64,000 nucleotides of DNA, taken from contig JAFYNZ010000026.1 in assembly GCA_017547845.1 (NCBI GenBank), positions 1,594 to 65,593 of the forward strand, written 5' to 3'. The stretch's first letter is position 1; each line of letters starts with the position of its first letter. A program made the position numbers and the translations under genes. The notes beneath the pieces are model-generated. The model had not been told where the DNA came from. It saw only the letters and a list, made by a program, of their open reading frames with translations, and did not search any database. Shown here one piece after another: positions 29,995-38,991 of the stretch. The stretch comes from Muribaculaceae bacterium (GTDB taxonomy: Bacteria > Bacteroidota > Bacteroidia > Bacteroidales > Muribaculaceae).

Positions 29995-30026
29995 TTTGGT
30001 CAAGTCAGGACAAAGTGTTACTTTTG
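29995..30026 (+). promoter_or_regulatory. Canonical -33/-7 promoter of the steroid reductase operon
   Basis: TTTG-N20-TACTTTTG. Confidence 0.7.
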
Positions 30027-30055
30027 CTTTTTAAATTAGAAAAAGGATTATTGCT

Positions 30056-30838
30056 ATGGAGGAAATGTTCAAGCCTGAGGTCTTCAATATGGTGCTGATA
30101 ACGATGTCGGTGATGGCAGTGTTTGTCTTTGTGTGCCTGCTGAAGGTTGAAGCCGGTTATGGCGTGGCTTATACTAAGAAGTGGGGCCCGGCGGTCAATA
30201 ATAAGTTGGGCTGGGTGCTCATGGAGGCTCCGGCGTTTATCGCTATGGTGGTGTTGTGGCTGCTTAGCGATAGGGCGTGCGATGGGGTGAGGTGCACTAT
30301 GGCGGCGTTGTTTTTGTTTCACTATTTTCAGCGTTCGTTTGTGTTTCCGATGCTTATCAAGGGAAAGAGTGTGATGCCGTTGTCGGTGATTCTGATGGGT
30401 GTCACTTTCAATACGATTAATGCCTATATGTTGGCAGGTTGGCTTTTTTATGTGAGTCCTGCGGATTATTATGGGGGATGGTCGTGGCTTATGTCGCCGA
30501 TGTTTATCGTGGGACTTGCGGTGTTTGTCGCCGGCATGGCTATCAATTGGCATTCCGACTACATAATCCGTCACTTGCGTAAGCCGGGCGATACGGGGCA
30601 TTATATCCCACGCGGCGGAATGTTTCGCTATGTGACGAGTGCCAATTATTTGGGCGAGTTCATGGAGTGGTGTGGCTTTGCGTTGCTCACATGGTCGTGG
30701 GCGGGCGCAGTGTTTGCTTTGTGGACTTTTGCCAATCTTGCTCCTCGTGCTCGTAAGCTTCATCAGCGTTATGAACGCGAGTTTGGCGATGAATATAAGA
30801 AACTGAATAGAAGATATATACTACCATTTATATATTAA
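30056..30838 (+). CDS. 3-oxo-5-alpha-steroid 4-dehydrogenase (steroid 5-alpha-reductase family)
   Basis: GWVLMEAP, HYFQRS, INWHSDYI, IPRGGMFRYVTSANYLGE, NLAPRA motifs. Confidence 0.92.
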   Translation: MEEMFKPEVFNMVLITMSVMAVFVFVCLLKVEAGYGVAYTKKWGPAVNNKLGWVLMEAPAFIAMVVLWLLSDRACDGVRCTMAALFLFHYFQRSFVFPMLIKGKSVMPLSVILMGVTFNTINAYMLAGWLFYVSPADYYGGWSWLMSPMFIVGLAVFVAGMAINWHSDYIIRHLRKPGDTGHYIPRGGMFRYVTSANYLGEFMEWCGFALLTWSWAGAVFALWTFANLAPRARKLHQRYEREFGDEYKKLNRRYILPFIY

Positions 30839-30842
30839 GGAT

Positions 30843-32072
30843 ATGAAACTGTTTACTCCATATAAAATAGGACCGGTCGAGTTGCGTAATCGCACAATTC
30901 GCTCGGCGGCATTTGAAGGCATGGGTAAGGATAATGGTCCTACTCAGAAACTTCGCGACTATCATGTCAGCGTGGCTAAGGGTGGTGTCGGCATGACGAC
31001 TTTGGCTTATGCAAGTATCTGTGAATCAGGGTTGTCGTTTAAGACGCAGCTGTGGTTGCGTCCGCAGATTGTGCCTGAGTTGCGCAAGATCACCGATGAC
31101 ATACATGCTGCCGGAGCTAAGGCTTCGATTCAGATAGGCCATTGTGGCAATATGACTCACATGTCGACGGCGGGTTGCATACCTGTCGGTCCGTCGACGG
31201 GTTTTAATCTCTATTCTCCGACAATAGTCAGGGGGCTGAAGGCTGATGAGTTGCACACGTTGGCGTCGCAGTTTGGTGATGCTGTGGTGACGGCTCGCGA
31301 TGCCGGATTTGACTGCGTTGAGGTGCATGCCGGCCACGGCTATCTCATCTCTCAATTCCTCTCGCCTTACACCAATCGTCGTCGCGATGAGTTTGGCGGA
31401 ACGCTCGATAATCGTATGCGTTTCATGCGTATGTGTATGGAGGAGGTGATGAGGGCTGCCGGCAATGATATGGGCGTGCTTGTCAAGACCAATATGTGTG
31501 ACGGATTCAAGGGCGGGCTGGAGATAGATGACTGTCTGACAGTGGCTAAGGAACTTGAGAACCTTGGCGCACATGCCATCGTTTTGTCGGGTGGCTTTGT
31601 GAGCAAGGCGCCGATGTATGTGATGCGTGGCGAGATGCCTATCTATACGATGACTCACTATATGAAGCAGTTGTGGCTCAAATATGGCGTGCGTCTTGTC
31701 GGTAAGTATATGATTCCGAATGAGCCGTTTAAGGAACTCTATTTCTTAGATGATGCTCGTCGATTCCGCAGCGAGTTGAAGTGTCCGTTGGTGTATGTCG
31801 GTGGGGCTGTGTCGCGTGAGGGTATCGACAAGGTGCTCGACGAGGGCTTTGAGTTTGTGCAGATGGGTCGTGCGTTAATCAATGACCCTGAATTTGTCAA
31901 TCATCTTCGTCAAGGAGCAGAGCGTTGCGACTGCGATCATGTCAACTACTGTATCGCTCGCATGTACTCGGAAGATATGGCATGTCATAAGCATTTGTGT
32001 AATCTTCCTCCTAAGATACTCAAGGAGATAGAGCAAATCAAGCGTAGAGATGAGCAACAAAATCGTCGCTAA
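30843..32072 (+). CDS. NADH:flavin oxidoreductase (Old Yellow Enzyme family), putative steroid 5-beta-reductase
   Basis: LRNRTIRSA, QIGHCG, EVHAGHGYLISQFLSP, RDEFGG, GRALINDP. Confidence 0.88.
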   Translation: MKLFTPYKIGPVELRNRTIRSAAFEGMGKDNGPTQKLRDYHVSVAKGGVGMTTLAYASICESGLSFKTQLWLRPQIVPELRKITDDIHAAGAKASIQIGHCGNMTHMSTAGCIPVGPSTGFNLYSPTIVRGLKADELHTLASQFGDAVVTARDAGFDCVEVHAGHGYLISQFLSPYTNRRRDEFGGTLDNRMRFMRMCMEEVMRAAGNDMGVLVKTNMCDGFKGGLEIDDCLTVAKELENLGAHAIVLSGGFVSKAPMYVMRGEMPIYTMTHYMKQLWLKYGVRLVGKYMIPNEPFKELYFLDDARRFRSELKCPLVYVGGAVSREGIDKVLDEGFEFVQMGRALINDPEFVNHLRQGAERCDCDHVNYCIARMYSEDMACHKHLCNLPPKILKEIEQIKRRDEQQNRR

Positions 32073-32865
32073 AAAGTCGTTGCGAGCCGTGGTGACCGGT
32101 GCGAGTTCGGGCATAGGTCTCGAATTTTGCCGTCGTCTCGCCGAGATGGGTCACAACCTTGTGATGGTGAGCAATCAGGAAAGCGAGTTGATACGCTATG
32201 GTGCTGAAATATCGCAGAAACATGGTGTCGAAGTGTCGACCTATGCGCTCGACTTGACGGAGGAGAATGCAGCGTCGAAGTTGCTTTATTTCTTGTCGTC
32301 GCACAATTTGGTGGCAGATATTCTCATCAATAATGCGGGTATCTTCTCGTTTAACGAGGTGCTTGAGACGCCGATGCAGAAGATAAATCTGTTTACGGAC
32401 CTACATATCAAGTCGATGACCGAACTATGCTGGTATTTCGGTCGCGAGATGCGCAGCAGAGGGGGTGGCTACATTCTCAACATGTCGTCGATGTCGTGCT
32501 GGATGCCGATGCCGGGCATTGCGATGTATTCGGCTACGAAGGCCTATATCCGTGTCTTCTCTCGCGCGTTGCATTATGAACTGAAGGACAGCGGTGTGAG
32601 TGTGACAGTGGCTTGTCCGGGTGGAATAGCGACCGACCTTTTCGGTCTGCCTGCGCATCTGAAGAAACTTGCTGTCAGACTGGGTGTGCTCGACACGGCA
32701 GAGTCTTTTACACGCAAGGCAGTGAAGCAGATGTTTCGCCGTCGTCAGCAGTATATCAATGGTTGGCTCAACCGTTTCTCGATATTCTTTATCGGTGTAA
32801 TGCCGACATCGGTCAGAATGCTGGTGAAGCATAAATTGTTGGACAAAAACATACGCAAGCCATGA
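32050..32865 (+). CDS. Short-chain dehydrogenase/reductase, putative 3-beta-HSDH
   Basis: TGASSGIG, NNAG, YSATK; overlaps the upstream gene. Confidence 0.85.
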   Translation: MSNKIVAKKSLRAVVTGASSGIGLEFCRRLAEMGHNLVMVSNQESELIRYGAEISQKHGVEVSTYALDLTEENAASKLLYFLSSHNLVADILINNAGIFSFNEVLETPMQKINLFTDLHIKSMTELCWYFGREMRSRGGGYILNMSSMSCWMPMPGIAMYSATKAYIRVFSRALHYELKDSGVSVTVACPGGIATDLFGLPAHLKKLAVRLGVLDTAESFTRKAVKQMFRRRQQYINGWLNRFSIFFIGVMPTSVRMLVKHKLLDKNIRKP

Positions 32866-33626
32866 CACCGGTCTTCACAGGATTTTATCTGCTGACCGGT
32901 GCGACAGGTGCAATCGGCAAGGAGATAGCACGCGACTTGGCTTCGAAGGGAGAGAAGTTGATACTCGCTGTGCGCAACATGGATAAAGCCAACGAACTCC
33001 GTGAAGAGTTGCTCAGAGACTATCCGCAGTGTCAAACGATAGAGACGCTGAAACTTGATTTGGCTGACGAGCAGTCGGTCAGAGATGCTGTCGAGACGCT
33101 TGACTGCCGGCATATAGGTGGGCTGAAAGGTGTTATCAACAATGCCGGGGTGATGAGTCGTCGCTATGGCGTTGACTCGCAAGGGAGAGAGCTGACCATG
33201 GCCGTAAACTATTGCAACACGCGTCTGCTGGTGGAGCGGCTCAAGGATAGAGTGGAGACCGGGGGCGTGATAGTCTTTACAACATCGTTGACACGCTTCT
33301 TACATCGTCGCAAGGACTATCCTATCAGATTTGAAGCCAAGAGATTCTCGCAATTAGGCACCTACGGGCAGTCGAAGCGCATGATAACAGAGTATGCGCG
33401 TCAATTGGCAGTGGAGTTAAAGGGCAGAGTAAGAGTGAATTGTGCCGACCCGGGCATCGTCGATACAGGCATGATTTCGATGCAACGATGGTATGACCCG
33501 ATAGCCGATGCGCTTTTCCGTCCGTTCATACGCAGTCCACGCCAAGGAGCAGAGCCTGCATTGAGAGCGACATATGCTGAGGCGAGTGGCAAAATCTATT
33601 GCCGCCGTCGCATTCATGAGATATAA
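32862..33626 (+). CDS. Short-chain dehydrogenase/reductase (retinol-dehydrogenase-like)
   Basis: TGATGAIG, NNAG, YGQSK; ATGA overlap with the upstream gene. Confidence 0.85.
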   Translation: MTPVFTGFYLLTGATGAIGKEIARDLASKGEKLILAVRNMDKANELREELLRDYPQCQTIETLKLDLADEQSVRDAVETLDCRHIGGLKGVINNAGVMSRRYGVDSQGRELTMAVNYCNTRLLVERLKDRVETGGVIVFTTSLTRFLHRRKDYPIRFEAKRFSQLGTYGQSKRMITEYARQLAVELKGRVRVNCADPGIVDTGMISMQRWYDPIADALFRPFIRSPRQGAEPALRATYAEASGKIYCRRRIHEI

Positions 33627-33671
33627 TAATCAGAAAATCAGATAAATACAATCATAAAAATCATTGCAGTT

Positions 33672-34274
33672 ATGAAAGCAAAAATATTAATGCTGTTAGT
33701 CGCGCTACTTATGGGTAATCTTAGTGTGATGTCTCAAGACGTTATAGAGTCAAATGGTAGTGTTACTGTAGGGAGTCATAAAGATCACTATTGGGTGGAC
33801 TTGGGTTTGTCGGTGAAATGGGCAACACGCAACATGGGTGCTGAAGATGCCCATAAGGTAGGTAGTTATTATTCGCGTGAGAATGGATCAGACCCGGCAG
33901 CTACGATCTGGGGAGGCAATTGGCGTATGCCGACAATCGATGAATGGGTTGAACTTGTCTTGAATTGTGACTGGAAGTGGATTAAGTCAGAAGAGTTTAC
34001 CGGTGCGTTAGGCACAAGCAAGAATAATGGAGAGAAGATCTACTTGCCAGTCAGTGGTTACAAATATAAAGGTAAGATTATGGAGCCGGAAGTTGGTGAC
34101 TATTGGAGTAGTAGTCCAGGCTCTTGTCGACCGGCGGAAAGGAGTGAAGCGTTAGTGTTTTTTGATATGAATACTATGACGCTTGTTGGTCCGAAGAAGG
34201 GAGAGGTTTATTTTGATGATACTGATATGGAAAAGGTTTATAAATTGCAAATTCGTCCGGTACTTGATAAGTAA
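33672..34274 (+). CDS. Exported protein of the Bacteroidales 'VDLGLSVKWA' family (DUF1566/FISUMP-like)
   Basis: Signal peptide; WVDLGLSVKWATRNMGA, WRMPT..EW.EL, YWSSS, IRPV. Confidence 0.65.
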   Translation: MKAKILMLLVALLMGNLSVMSQDVIESNGSVTVGSHKDHYWVDLGLSVKWATRNMGAEDAHKVGSYYSRENGSDPAATIWGGNWRMPTIDEWVELVLNCDWKWIKSEEFTGALGTSKNNGEKIYLPVSGYKYKGKIMEPEVGDYWSSSPGSCRPAERSEALVFFDMNTMTLVGPKKGEVYFDDTDMEKVYKLQIRPVLDK

Positions 34275-34312
34275 ATACTTGCAGATGCGATAGCACACGC
34301 AGATATTATAAT

Positions 34313-34343
34313 AAAAGCGAGGATTTATGTCTTCGCTTTTTTT
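34313..34343 (+). terminator. Rho-independent terminator
   Basis: aaaagcgagga...tcttcgctttt with T run. Confidence 0.75.
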
Positions 34344-34523
34344 GTTGCTTGAGGATAGGGGCTATAGTTTAAATAGAAGGTTTTGGGGTGTGCAATGGTG
34401 TGGCAGTGGCGGGGAAGGAGATGGTTAATGAGTGTTAAAGTGGAAAACGGGGAATTAGCGACCTAAGGTGTTGTGTTGTAGTTTGTTGTGATGTTTTTGT
34501 GCTTAGGTGTGTCAAAATACAGG

Positions 34524-34555
34524 TTTGCGTGTTTCAATAAATCATTGTAACTTTG
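34524..34555 (+). promoter_or_regulatory. Canonical host -33/-7 promoter upstream of the capsid module
   Basis: TTTG-N20-TAACTTTG, about 50 nt upstream of ATG 34606. Confidence 0.7.
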
Positions 34556-34605
34556 CATTGTCTTAATCAAATGAGACGCGAATTAAGTAATATCTTATTT
34601 AAATT

Positions 34606-35157
34606 ATGGAAAAGAATCAAACTGAAAAATTGGTGACCAATGTGTCATCTGATGTACTGACTGACGAGCGTAATTGTTGTGGCGGGGTGCAGTCGGGAGA
34701 GTGTAGTGAAGCCCATGATGAGGCAAGTGAAATCAATGGTATGGTCGATGAGGTGAAGCTGTCTTTCGTAGATGAGGCGGAGGTGCAATCAGGTGCTGAA
34801 GTTGCAGTGAAGACAGATGATGTCGGCGACAGTAGCGGTGCAGATGCTGACAGTGTAGAAAACTCAGAATCAGCGATAAATTGCGATGCAGAGTTCGGTG
34901 ATCTCAACGATGTTGTCGGTGAAAGAGTGTCTAAGGAGGAGATCGGGAAGAGCGACGGTGTGAAACTGGTTTATACGCAGGCAGATGTGGAGCGACTGAT
35001 CGGCGAGGCGTATTTGCGAGGACGCAACGAGGCTGTCGAGCGCAAGATTCGTCAAGACTCATCGCTTGGTCTGGGTGGTCGCAGAAAGGATCGCGTCGGA
35101 CTCGAGCGATATATCGTAGGTCGCCCATCGGTGTGGCAAGATAGAAATCAATTGTAG
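34606..35157 (+). CDS. Acidic hypothetical protein, putative capsid scaffolding protein
   Basis: Very D/E-rich with a helical C-terminus (ADVERLIGEAYLRGRNEAVERKI); directly upstream of the capsid gene. Confidence 0.45.
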   Translation: MEKNQTEKLVTNVSSDVLTDERNCCGGVQSGECSEAHDEASEINGMVDEVKLSFVDEAEVQSGAEVAVKTDDVGDSSGADADSVENSESAINCDAEFGDLNDVVGERVSKEEIGKSDGVKLVYTQADVERLIGEAYLRGRNEAVERKIRQDSSLGLGGRRKDRVGLERYIVGRPSVWQDRNQL

Positions 35158-35269
35158 TATAGAAAAATATTGAATGCATTGAAAAGATAGGACAGGAGTA
35201 TTATTGAAAATCAGCGATAATATCAGCAAACAAACAACTTTATTTATTCACTTAAACAAGTTTTTATTT

Positions 35270-36487
35270 ATGGAAAATCAAAGAAATCATTTGACAGATG
35301 GTGTGAGCAATGGTACACACCTCAGCGGCTTGCCGTTGACAACTGAGATTGCCGACATTGCGGCACCGGGCTTATTGACCAATGCCATCGACAAGGCGGT
35401 GGTGAAGATTCGTCCGATGGCGACACCGATCGACCAAATCAGCCGCATGGGACATGTGCGCAGTGTGGACTCAATGGATGTGGACTACTATTCGGTCGAT
35501 ACACGCGTCGACAGCGATAGCGTCTTGTCGGCTGTGGAGTCATCGGAGTCGACTGACGGCAATCCTCTCTACCTTTTGACGGTGGCTCATCCATCGCGTT
35601 TTGAGGCTACAGAGACCTTTGCCTATGGAGAGAGTGGTGTGGAAAATGTCGGTTATGTGGTGGAGAAAAATGCCGATGGCACATTGCTTTGTGCCTCAGT
35701 GAAGGGTGACTTGTCCGACCTTTCGTCGGGTGGTCGTATCATCCGTATGGGACGCGCTGCGACACAACTTGATGTGCAGTCGCCACAGTTCTCGGCATTG
35801 CCGGTGAAGAACACCAACTATTGCCAAATCTTCAAGATGCAGATTGAGCAGTCGGTGGTGATGAAACTCAGTCACAAGGAGATCGGTTGGGATTTCACCG
35901 ACCAGCAGGAAGCGGCGGTCTACGATATGCGTATGGGTATGGAGAAGCAATTCCTTTTCGGCAAGAAGGCGAAGGTCTACGATCCACGCAAGCAGGAGAC
36001 GGTGAAATTCACAGGTGGCATATGGGACCAGGCCGGCAAGGATATCGATGTCAGTCTTGAGGACTTCGATTCTCGAGCGTTGGTCGACTTGCTTCGCAAT
36101 GCGTTCACCGATAACTCCGGCAGTCGTCGCAAGGTGCTTGTGGCAGGCTCGGAATTGATAACGGCACTCAATCGTATCGAGAACACACATGTCATTACGG
36201 CTCGCGACCAAGTGACAGCGTGGGGTATCGACTTTTCAGAATTGCAATCGAAATTCGGACGCCTCTATGTGGTCTTCTCCGATATTTTCGATGTGATGGG
36301 TATGCCGGGCAATGGTATAATCATCGATCCGGAATATATCCAGAAGCATGTGTTCATTCCGTTCAATGCCGAGCGACTCGACCTCAGAGGTAGCGGTCAG
36401 CGCAATACAGAGGCTATGGTATTGACCGAGGCGAGCTGTCTGACACTCCGTTACCCTGACGCACATGCTCGAGTGATCGGTGCATAG
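35270..36487 (+). CDS. Major capsid protein-like (DUF5309/SU10-type, HK97 fold)
   Basis: IRPMATPIDQI, NYCQIF, DMRMGMEKQFLFG, FTGGI, WGIDF...SKFGRL, EASCLTLRYPDAH follow the N-arm/spine-helix/P-domain pattern; ATG 35270 follows an AT-rich leader. Confidence 0.75.
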   Translation: MENQRNHLTDGVSNGTHLSGLPLTTEIADIAAPGLLTNAIDKAVVKIRPMATPIDQISRMGHVRSVDSMDVDYYSVDTRVDSDSVLSAVESSESTDGNPLYLLTVAHPSRFEATETFAYGESGVENVGYVVEKNADGTLLCASVKGDLSDLSSGGRIIRMGRAATQLDVQSPQFSALPVKNTNYCQIFKMQIEQSVVMKLSHKEIGWDFTDQQEAAVYDMRMGMEKQFLFGKKAKVYDPRKQETVKFTGGIWDQAGKDIDVSLEDFDSRALVDLLRNAFTDNSGSRRKVLVAGSELITALNRIENTHVITARDQVTAWGIDFSELQSKFGRLYVVFSDIFDVMGMPGNGIIIDPEYIQKHVFIPFNAERLDLRGSGQRNTEAMVLTEASCLTLRYPDAHARVIGA

Positions 36488-36501
36488 TGTTCCCAATAGT
36501 T

Positions 36502-36533
36502 GTGGCGACTATGTCGTCGGGCGTTGTCGCCAC
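36502..36533 (+). terminator. GC-rich hairpin after the capsid gene (stabiliser or partial terminator)
   Basis: gtggcgac...gtcgccac stem with no long T tail. Confidence 0.5.
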
Positions 36534-36629
36534 GGCTTACCTTCTTCTTACGCGACTTTTAGATTGTATTACGAGGGAGCATCTGCCAATTCCTTTATTC
36601 TTGCTCCCTAAAAATTAATGTAACTGACT

Positions 36630-37160
36630 ATGATTAAACAATTTAGTGAAGATGAAATGCTCCGTATATGGCGTGATAGGGCGGGCTATGTCGATGCAAG
36701 ATGCGACTGCGTGGTGGAGTATGTCGACGGTGTTGATAACGACCGTCGGTTGCTTGCCGACATCAGGCGATGGTATGCCGACTTGCTACTGAATGCCCCG
36801 GTTGACCTATTGCCGACCGAAAATCTTGCCACGGAGGCAACGGTAACAAAGATAAGCGACCATAGTGCTCGCATCGACTTGCCATCGCGAGGCGTGAGAC
36901 TGCTCGGGCTACGCTTCAAAGGCGAGGAGCAAGAGGTGACGACATTTTACAGTCCCGGTTCAAGAGTGGAGCGTCTATACAGCGATCCGAGCGTGAGGAT
37001 GTACAGCCGTCAGATTGCTATCGCCTATGGGCGTAGTGTGGAAGTTGTCGGTGGGAAATGTGACGAATTGCTATCGTTGCGCATGGTGGCAAATCCTAAG
37101 GATGGCGCGTTTGTGTTTGACGAGTCGTTGTTGCCACGACTCATAGATATGGAGCGATGA
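36630..37160 (+). CDS. Hypothetical protein, possible head-tail adaptor
   Basis: 176 aa; helical start followed by a beta-rich region; position after the capsid gene. Confidence 0.35.
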   Translation: MIKQFSEDEMLRIWRDRAGYVDARCDCVVEYVDGVDNDRRLLADIRRWYADLLLNAPVDLLPTENLATEATVTKISDHSARIDLPSRGVRLLGLRFKGEEQEVTTFYSPGSRVERLYSDPSVRMYSRQIAIAYGRSVEVVGGKCDELLSLRMVANPKDGAFVFDESLLPRLIDMER

Positions 37161-37540
37161 GGTGGGTGGCAATCTTGACTGCAGTCGTGATGTTTGTCGG
37201 TTGTCGCCCGAGTGTGGAGGTGGTCGAGAGGGTGAGATATGACACATTGCTCGTGATGAGTCGCCATAGCGACACGATAGTCAACGCCGACAGTGTGATA
37301 ATCCGTGAGCGTCTGCGTGGCGACACGTTGCTGATAGAGAAGGAGCGAATCATCAGGCGTGAACGCATAAGAACAGTGTGCGACACTATCCGCGAGCATC
37401 GAGTCGACTCAGTGCCTGTGGTGGTCGCAGCGACCACTGCGACTGATAACCATAGGGGAAACGATAACCTTTGGACAGTGGTGATAGTCGGACTCGTTGT
37501 GGGACTGATACTATTAATGATAAACAGGATAAGAAATTGA
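37157..37540 (+). CDS. Putative unimolecular spanin (lipoprotein with C-terminal TM)
   Basis: N-terminal lipobox FVGC, beta-rich DT/DS repeats, C-terminal TM LWTVVIVGLVVGLILLMI followed by basic residues. Confidence 0.6.
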   Translation: MRWVAILTAVVMFVGCRPSVEVVERVRYDTLLVMSRHSDTIVNADSVIIRERLRGDTLLIEKERIIRRERIRTVCDTIREHRVDSVPVVVAATTATDNHRGNDNLWTVVIVGLVVGLILLMINRIRN

Positions 37541-38991
37541 TGGATAATATATTAGACAAAGATAGCGCATTGCTGAAGGTGGCAATGCAAGCGTGGGAGT
37601 CGCTCGAGATGCTGCGTCAACGACGCCGAAGATTGAAGGGGTTTGCTTATGGTCGACAATGGTGCGACATGGTGCGCGACTCTCAAGGACGAGTGATGAG
37701 CGAAGAGCAATATCTGATAGAGAATGGGCGTGTGCCGATCACCAACAATCTGATACGCCAACTTGTGAAGAGCATCGTGGGGCGTTATCGCTATATGGCA
37801 GCCAAGGCTGATGGAGAGGAACTCGCTCAAATGCTCAGCCGCAAGTCGGAAGCCGGAGTCAGGTCGCTTGATGACTATGACGCAAGAGCGCTCGAAGAGT
37901 TCTTGATATCGGGGTGTGTGGTGCAACGCATCAGTGATGAGGTAGGGCATGGTGCAGGGGTAGAAAATGTCAGCCCTGAACGCATCTTTCTCCATCGTCT
38001 TGATGGCTCGTCGGCCGGTGGCAATAGATTGATAGGTGTGTTGCACGATATGCCGTTGACGACAATGTTGCAGCGATTTGGCGATGGGACAGTAGAGCGT
38101 CATGAGGCTATCAAACGCCTCTATGCCGGCAAGGTTGGCGCGGTGAGGCCCTTGGGAGGAGAGTCGGCATCGATAGTGTTTTCGGAGCCGTCGCAAGCAG
38201 GGTGTTGCCGAGTGATAGAGGTGTGGGAATACTTGCCGAGCGAGTTGCTGCGATGCCACGACCGACGCAGTGCCGAGTATTTTGTGGAGGACTATAGTGA
38301 TGAGGTGATGGCGCGACTTGAGACGGAAAACAATCGTCGTCGCAAGACCGGCGAGCCGAGTGTCGACCATTATCTCGATATCACCGAGTCGTGGCGTTGC
38401 TCATGGCTTGCACCGAGTGGCGAAGTGCTGAGTCGCTATTGGGCTACCGGCAAGGAGAGTCATCCGTTTGTGACGCGATTCTATCCGCTGATAGATGGCG
38501 AGGTGCATTCGATGGTGGAAGATGTGGTCGATCAGCAGAAGTATGTCAATCGACTCATCTCGTTGCTCGACAGCGTGATAGCATCGTCGGCCAAGGGTGT
38601 GCTGCTTTACCCGACCGACCAGTTGCCAGAGGGGTTTACTTGGCGTGATATGCGTCGTATCTGGTCAAATCCGAGTGGTGTCTTGCCTTTCAAACGCACA
38701 TCGAAGACCGTGATGCCTCATCAAGTTCACTCAAGCGGATCGTCGTCGGGTGCTTCCGAAATGCTTCGTCTGCAACTCGAACTGTTTGACGAGATTTCGG
38801 GCACTACCGGGGCATTGCGTGGCAAAAGTTCGCACGCCACCGGGGCAGAAATGCTGCACACCGAGTTGGAAAACGGCACAATATCGATGCTCGATATGCT
38901 GGCATCGTTTCGTGCGTTTATCGACGAGCGAAATGCTCGCTTGAGATGTGTCAATAGTGATATAAACCGTAATAACTGTCAAGAATTATGA
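37540..38991 (+). CDS. Portal protein-like (P22/podovirus type)
   Basis: YGRQW, GRVPITNNLIRQLVKSIVG, RVIEVW, HPFV..FYP.IDGEVHSMVEDVVDQQKYVNRLIS, FDEISG; TGATG overlap at 37538-37542. Confidence 0.75.
   Translation: MDNILDKDSALLKVAMQAWESLEMLRQRRRRLKGFAYGRQWCDMVRDSQGRVMSEEQYLIENGRVPITNNLIRQLVKSIVGRYRYMAAKADGEELAQMLSRKSEAGVRSLDDYDARALEEFLISGCVVQRISDEVGHGAGVENVSPERIFLHRLDGSSAGGNRLIGVLHDMPLTTMLQRFGDGTVERHEAIKRLYAGKVGAVRPLGGESASIVFSEPSQAGCCRVIEVWEYLPSELLRCHDRRSAEYFVEDYSDEVMARLETENNRRRKTGEPSVDHYLDITESWRCSWLAPSGEVLSRYWATGKESHPFVTRFYPLIDGEVHSMVEDVVDQQKYVNRLISLLDSVIASSAKGVLLYPTDQLPEGFTWRDMRRIWSNPSGVLPFKRTSKTVMPHQVHSSGSSSGASEMLRLQLELFDEISGTTGALRGKSSHATGAEMLHTELENGTISMLDMLASFRAFIDERNARLRCVNSDINRNNCQEL

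Noticed and set aside
33672-34274. Possible additional DGR target or part of the capsid module
   Set aside because: Its 3' end lacks the NNC codon pattern, and a terminator plus a new promoter separate it from the module.
35204-35269. Longer N-termini given by the ORF track (35204, 37471, 17468, 41129)
   Set aside because: Downstream starts (35270, 37540, 17438, 41297) fit AT-rich leaders, gene overlaps or promoter positions better.
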